From contig PSLO01000009.1 of the NCBI GenBank assembly GCA_040289665.1, forward strand, positions 3,308 through 67,307: DNA of 64,000 nt. The letters are read 5' to 3'. Shown here piece after piece: positions 60,416-64,000 of the stretch; the first letter of the stretch is position 1; each line of letters begins with the position of its first letter. Made by a program: the position numbers and the translations under genes. Under the pieces are notes generated by a model. It ran no database searches, was not told where the DNA came from, and saw only the letters and a list, made by a program, of their open reading frames with translations. This stretch comes from Leptolyngbya sp. ERB_1_1. GTDB taxonomy: Bacteria; Cyanobacteriota; Cyanobacteriia; Leptolyngbyales; Leptolyngbyaceae.

Positions 60416-61053
60416 AACTGCTGCATCAACCATGCCATTGTTGCAGATTGATTTTCTTGGCGGCTGCGTTGTAGTGCTTGCTCTAATATCTCTAGCTTTA
60501 AGCCAGGAAGTACGATCGATTCTCGAATCCGCCGAATGCTTCCGTCAGGCGCAAACGAAAACGCAAGAATCTGGGTTTTTTGAACATTGATGCTCCAATA
60601 TTCAGGAATGCCTAGATCTTCGTATTGCAAGCGTTTTTCACCGAGATCATCAGAGAGCGAAGTATCTGAAATCTCGATCACCAAATTCGGTAGTGGGTGA
60701 ATGGTTAAATCTACGACTCGTGTCCCCCACGGAATTGCAGTTGCATTGTCTCCGATGTAACAGGTTAGATCTGGCTGAAACTCTTCTACTCCAGGTCTGC
60801 GATAAGAACAGCAGTCTTTAGCTGTCATCGGGATCTGTCGATGAGCTGCAAAAAACGAGATAGCAAATAGAATAATCGCGTGATCGTTAGAATGATCGGA
60901 ACCAGTGGACATTAACTCAAATCTCATTCTTTTTTGATAGTAATAGCTTTTGAGCTTGCTAGAGGCGGGATCGTCTGCAATCTTGACGAACTCATCCCAC
61001 GTTGCAAACTGCCAGGTGTCGATCGAGATTTGAGTTTCCAATAAAGTCATCAC
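60412..61053 (-). CDS. Uma2-family (DUF820) putative endonuclease
   Basis: [31 protein letters not shown]. Confidence 0.88.
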   Translation of the reverse strand: MMTLLETQISIDTWQFATWDEFVKIADDPASSKLKSYYYQKRMRFELMSTGSDHSNDHAIILFAISFFAAHRQIPMTAKDCCSYRRPGVEEFQPDLTCYIGDNATAIPWGTRVVDLTIHPLPNLVIEISDTSLSDDLGEKRLQYEDLGIPEYWSINVQKTQILAFSFAPDGSIRRIRESIVLPGLKLEILEQALQRSRQENQSATMAWLMQQF

Positions 61054-61131
61054 ATTAACTCACAAGCGATCGTTCTCTTCATTTTACACAGTCTGCCTTT
61101 ACACTAGAAGGGAAATTTAACACAGATTCTC

Positions 61132-61635
61132 ATGCTGAAACGTACTGTAGTGTTGTTCTTGATTGGATTACTTTACTGGTTTGGAATTGTTCCAACTGCG
61201 ATTGCACTTCCATTATATTCTCCGATCGCAACTCTGTTTTCATTCTCAGGAACTCGCCCGACAAATTTAGGATTAAACAACGATCGATTTGTCGATTGTC
61301 CCAGTACTCCCAATTGTGTCAATAGTTTCAGCACTGATCCCACTCATGCGATCGCACCGATTCATTATTCTGTCGCTCCCGAAACCGCGATCGCTGCTTT
61401 GAAACAAACGATCGAATCTCTGCCGCGAACTAAGATTATTCAAGCTTCCGGCGATTACCTCTATGCAGAGTTCACGAGCAAAATTATGGGTTTCGTGGAT
61501 GATGTTGAGTTTTACATTGATAAACCTGCAAACGTGATTCAAGTACGATCGGCATCTCGACTCGGAGAATCGGATCTCGGTGTGAATCGGCAACGGATTG
61601 AATCGATTCGCGCTCAACTCAAAACCATTGATTAA
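61132..61635 (+). CDS. DUF1499-family protein
   Basis: CPSTPNCVNS, GFVDDVEF, RSASRLGESDLGVNRQRIE. Confidence 0.9.
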   Translation: MLKRTVVLFLIGLLYWFGIVPTAIALPLYSPIATLFSFSGTRPTNLGLNNDRFVDCPSTPNCVNSFSTDPTHAIAPIHYSVAPETAIAALKQTIESLPRTKIIQASGDYLYAEFTSKIMGFVDDVEFYIDKPANVIQVRSASRLGESDLGVNRQRIESIRAQLKTID

Positions 61636-62221
61636 TCAGATCGGGTGCTTTCCAAACCAGATAAATCATCACTCCACAAATTGCAGTAATCAAGCCCGTC
61701 AGCCCATAAGCGACACACATCAGCAGCCCATCTGATTCGAGCATTGCTACGACTAAGAGCAAAATCCCGATTGTCGGAAATGGATTGATCAACGGAATCG
61801 GCGCAATCAGCAAAATCGCCAACCAAGTAATGCACAGACCATTGAACTGCCAGATCCGTGGATTCGATGCAATCCGACTGAGACGAGGGCGCGTAATTTT
61901 CTCTAAAACGCGCGTCACTCGTCGAATATTTTTGAGTAATTCACGCGCAAAAGCAGTTGGAAATTGAAACTGCGCGACTTTTTTCGGCAACCAGGGCGAT
62001 CGCTTTCCCAATGCCATTTGCATTCCCAATAACACACAACCTGTTCCTGGCACTCCCGTCAATCCAGGCGGAACGGGAAACAGAAACGGGATGACTAAAA
62101 GGGCAATCACGAGGCAAAAGCCACGTTCTGAAGTTTCAGCCAGAATGGATGCGATCGTCAAAGGTTCTTCAGAAAGCCGCTTGAGCAGAGATTCAATGTC
62201 TTGTGAAAAACGAAGGTGCAT
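61619..62221 (-). CDS. exoD: ExoD-family exopolysaccharide biosynthesis membrane protein
   Basis: SERGFCLVIALLVIPF.FP.PPG, SPWLP, PIPLINPFP, LLESDG-like motif. Confidence 0.85.
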   Translation of the reverse strand: MHLRFSQDIESLLKRLSEEPLTIASILAETSERGFCLVIALLVIPFLFPVPPGLTGVPGTGCVLLGMQMALGKRSPWLPKKVAQFQFPTAFARELLKNIRRVTRVLEKITRPRLSRIASNPRIWQFNGLCITWLAILLIAPIPLINPFPTIGILLLVVAMLESDGLLMCVAYGLTGLITAICGVMIYLVWKAPDLINQWF

Positions 62222-62290
62222 AGCGCGATGAATAATCCCGATACAAAAATTCTGACGCAAATTTTTTATATCGGGATCAGCGTTTCCCTA

Positions 62291-62468
62291 AGCTCGACTG
62301 TGTCCATTTAAAATTCAGTGAATTCCTACTGCCGTTTGAGTCCGCCTCAGAGCCTCAAACTTTCCTCCAAGTCTGGAGAAGCAGCGATATTCAAAACGTC
62401 AAAGGGCAAATCTGAGATCCTGGAAGCCGCTTGAGTAGGAGCTTTTGACAAATGGATAAAGTCGAGCT
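62291..62468 (+). ncRNA. ssrS: Long imperfect hairpin RNA, probably 6S RNA (SsrS/SsaA); strand inferred
   Basis: 178-nt intergenic element with nested complementary blocks AGCTCGACT/AGTCGAGCT, TCCATTT/AAATGGA, TCCTACT/AGTAGGA and internal hairpins GTTTGAG/CTCAAAC, CTCCA/TGGAG. Size and shape fit cyanobacterial 6S RNA; not verified by covariance search. Confidence 0.6.
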
Positions 62469-62496
62469 AAAGTTGTCTCTGCTCAATCCACCTAAA

Positions 62497-63294
62497 TTAG
62501 TGATTTGCTGAGCCTGGTTCGGTTAGTTGAGCGTGCATTGCCGCTTTAGCGGGTTCTGGAAGCGTTTGGACGACGGCTGCTTGTACTTTATTCGCCATTC
62601 CGGCAACCACTTCATCTCGACCTGCCATCAACGCCTCAAATCCTTGAATCGCAACCTGAGCCGGATCATCCTTTTTGCTCGCGCCTGCTTTGGTGTCATC
62701 CATGTCCGCCCGCTGGAAAAAGTTTGTATCCGTCGGTCCCGGCAGCAACGCAGTAACAGTTACTCCTGAATCTTTTAATTCTGCGCGGAGTGCTTGTGAG
62801 AAAGACCGCAGAAATGCCTTCGATGCTGCATATACAGCCTCATACGGTCCTGGCATTAATGCCGCGATCGAAGACGTAAACAAAATCCGACCTTGACGAC
62901 GCTGAACCATCGGTTTCACAATCCGCTTCGCAAGATGCACCGAAGAGGTGATGTTAAGGTCAATCAGATTAATTTCTTCTTGCAAATCGGTTTCGATGAA
63001 TTTCCCACCAACTCCAACTCCGGCATTGATCGCGATCGCTTCTACAGGTCGTCCCGTTGCTTCGATCGCCTGATAAAGCTTCTCAACTCCCTCGTATTTT
63101 GCCAAATCTGCTTGCACAGTCTCGACCTTTGCACCGAATTGCTCGAAGGCAGGAGCAGCTTCGTCAATCTTTGAATCTGTTGCTGTAACTAAGAGATCAA
63201 ATCCGTTTTCGGCAAACTGCTTTGCCAGTTCATAACCGATTCCGTTGGAGGCTCCGGTGACGACAGCAAGCGGACGATTGGATGAACTATTCAT
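62497..63294 (-). CDS. Short-chain dehydrogenase/reductase
   Basis: VVTGASNGIG, NAG, YAASK. Confidence 0.92.
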   Translation of the reverse strand: MNSSSNRPLAVVTGASNGIGYELAKQFAENGFDLLVTATDSKIDEAAPAFEQFGAKVETVQADLAKYEGVEKLYQAIEATGRPVEAIAINAGVGVGGKFIETDLQEEINLIDLNITSSVHLAKRIVKPMVQRRQGRILFTSSIAALMPGPYEAVYAASKAFLRSFSQALRAELKDSGVTVTALLPGPTDTNFFQRADMDDTKAGASKKDDPAQVAIQGFEALMAGRDEVVAGMANKVQAAVVQTLPEPAKAAMHAQLTEPGSANH

Positions 63295-63388
63295 GATTGA
63301 AGTTCCTTATTAAAACGCTTTACATTCGTACTTTCAAAGCTAGGAAGGCACTTTTACGATCGCGTCTTTAAAAAGGAATAGTTCGCAT

Positions 63389-64000
63389 CTAAACCAAAGC
63401 CGGAATTGCTTTCAGAATGCTTTCAAACAATGCCCGTCCATCCACACAGCCCAATGCCGGATCAGACGCGCGTTCTGGATGCGGCATCATTCCCAACACA
63501 TTACCCTGACGATTACAAATTCCGGCAATGTGATTAAGTGATCCGTTTTGATTGCTTTCGGGTGTGAGATTTCCAGTCGGATCGCAGTAGCGAAAAACAA
63601 TTTGATTGTTATCTTCGATCGCTTTCAAAGTATCCGAATCTGCGTAATAACTGCCTTCTCCATGCGCGATCGGGAATTCGACAACTTGCCCCTTTTGGTA
63701 ATTTTGCGTCCAAACTACATCATTGCGCTCGACTCGCAGTGAAACGCGATCGCAAATAAAATGCAGATCTCGATTCCGTACTAGCGCACCGGGCAGCAAT
63801 CCTGCTTCGGTTAATACTTGAAACCCATTACAAATGCCTAAAACCAGTTTTCCAGCGTTGGCATGATCGATCGTAGAACGCATCACTGGAGAAAATCGAG
63901 CGATCGCACCGCAGCGCAGATAATCGCCGTAACTAAACCCCCCTGGAACTACAACCACATCAATATCTGACAAATCACTATCTTCATGCCAAATCATTCG
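63389..64000 (-). CDS. purQ: Phosphoribosylformylglycinamidine synthase subunit PurQ (5' end outside the window)
   Basis: [34 protein letters not shown]. Confidence 0.96.
   Translation of the reverse strand, partial: RMIWHEDSDLSDIDVVVVPGGFSYGDYLRCGAIARFSPVMRSTIDHANAGKLVLGICNGFQVLTEAGLLPGALVRNRDLHFICDRVSLRVERNDVVWTQNYQKGQVVEFPIAHGEGSYYADSDTLKAIEDNNQIVFRYCDPTGNLTPESNQNGSLNHIAGICNRQGNVLGMMPHPERASDPALGCVDGRALFESILKAIPALV

Overview
Chromosomal window from a cyanobacterium. Evidence: dense HIP1 GCGATCGC palindromes plus chlI, crtP-crtB, cpcS, ycf34, cyaC and a helical carotenoid protein gene. A hetZ-like gene without patU suggests a filamentous, probably non-heterocystous strain such as a Leptolyngbya-like organism (inference). 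About 50 genes, mostly housekeeping, signalling and envelope functions. I found no rRNA, tRNA, transposase, integrase or CRISPR array. Main points for follow-up: (1) an AT-rich orphan gene between ampG and pdhC (53602-54222) whose stop codon lies inside a well-formed integron attC-like site (53499-53607), with a complementary core site upstream (54324-54330). It looks like a lone integrated gene cassette, and its protein carries an R-x4-H HEPN-like motif, so it is a candidate defence RNase. (2) Two lexA genes 19 kb apart with complementary features. One has the usual cyanobacterial DNA-binding helix but Ala-Thr at the Ala-Gly autocleavage site; the other keeps Ala-Gly/Ser/Lys but has a different recognition helix. 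Both have LexA-box-like motifs upstream. (3) A glutamine riboswitch with an NtcA site overlapping the -10 box, ahead of a triple-YRG DUF4278 protein (gifB-like control). (4) An unannotated ~178-nt long hairpin that is probably 6S RNA. (5) Two genes broken by single lesions: an in-frame TGA at 1897 and a +1 frameshift near 7790. All family assignments come from motif recognition by eye; no database search was run.
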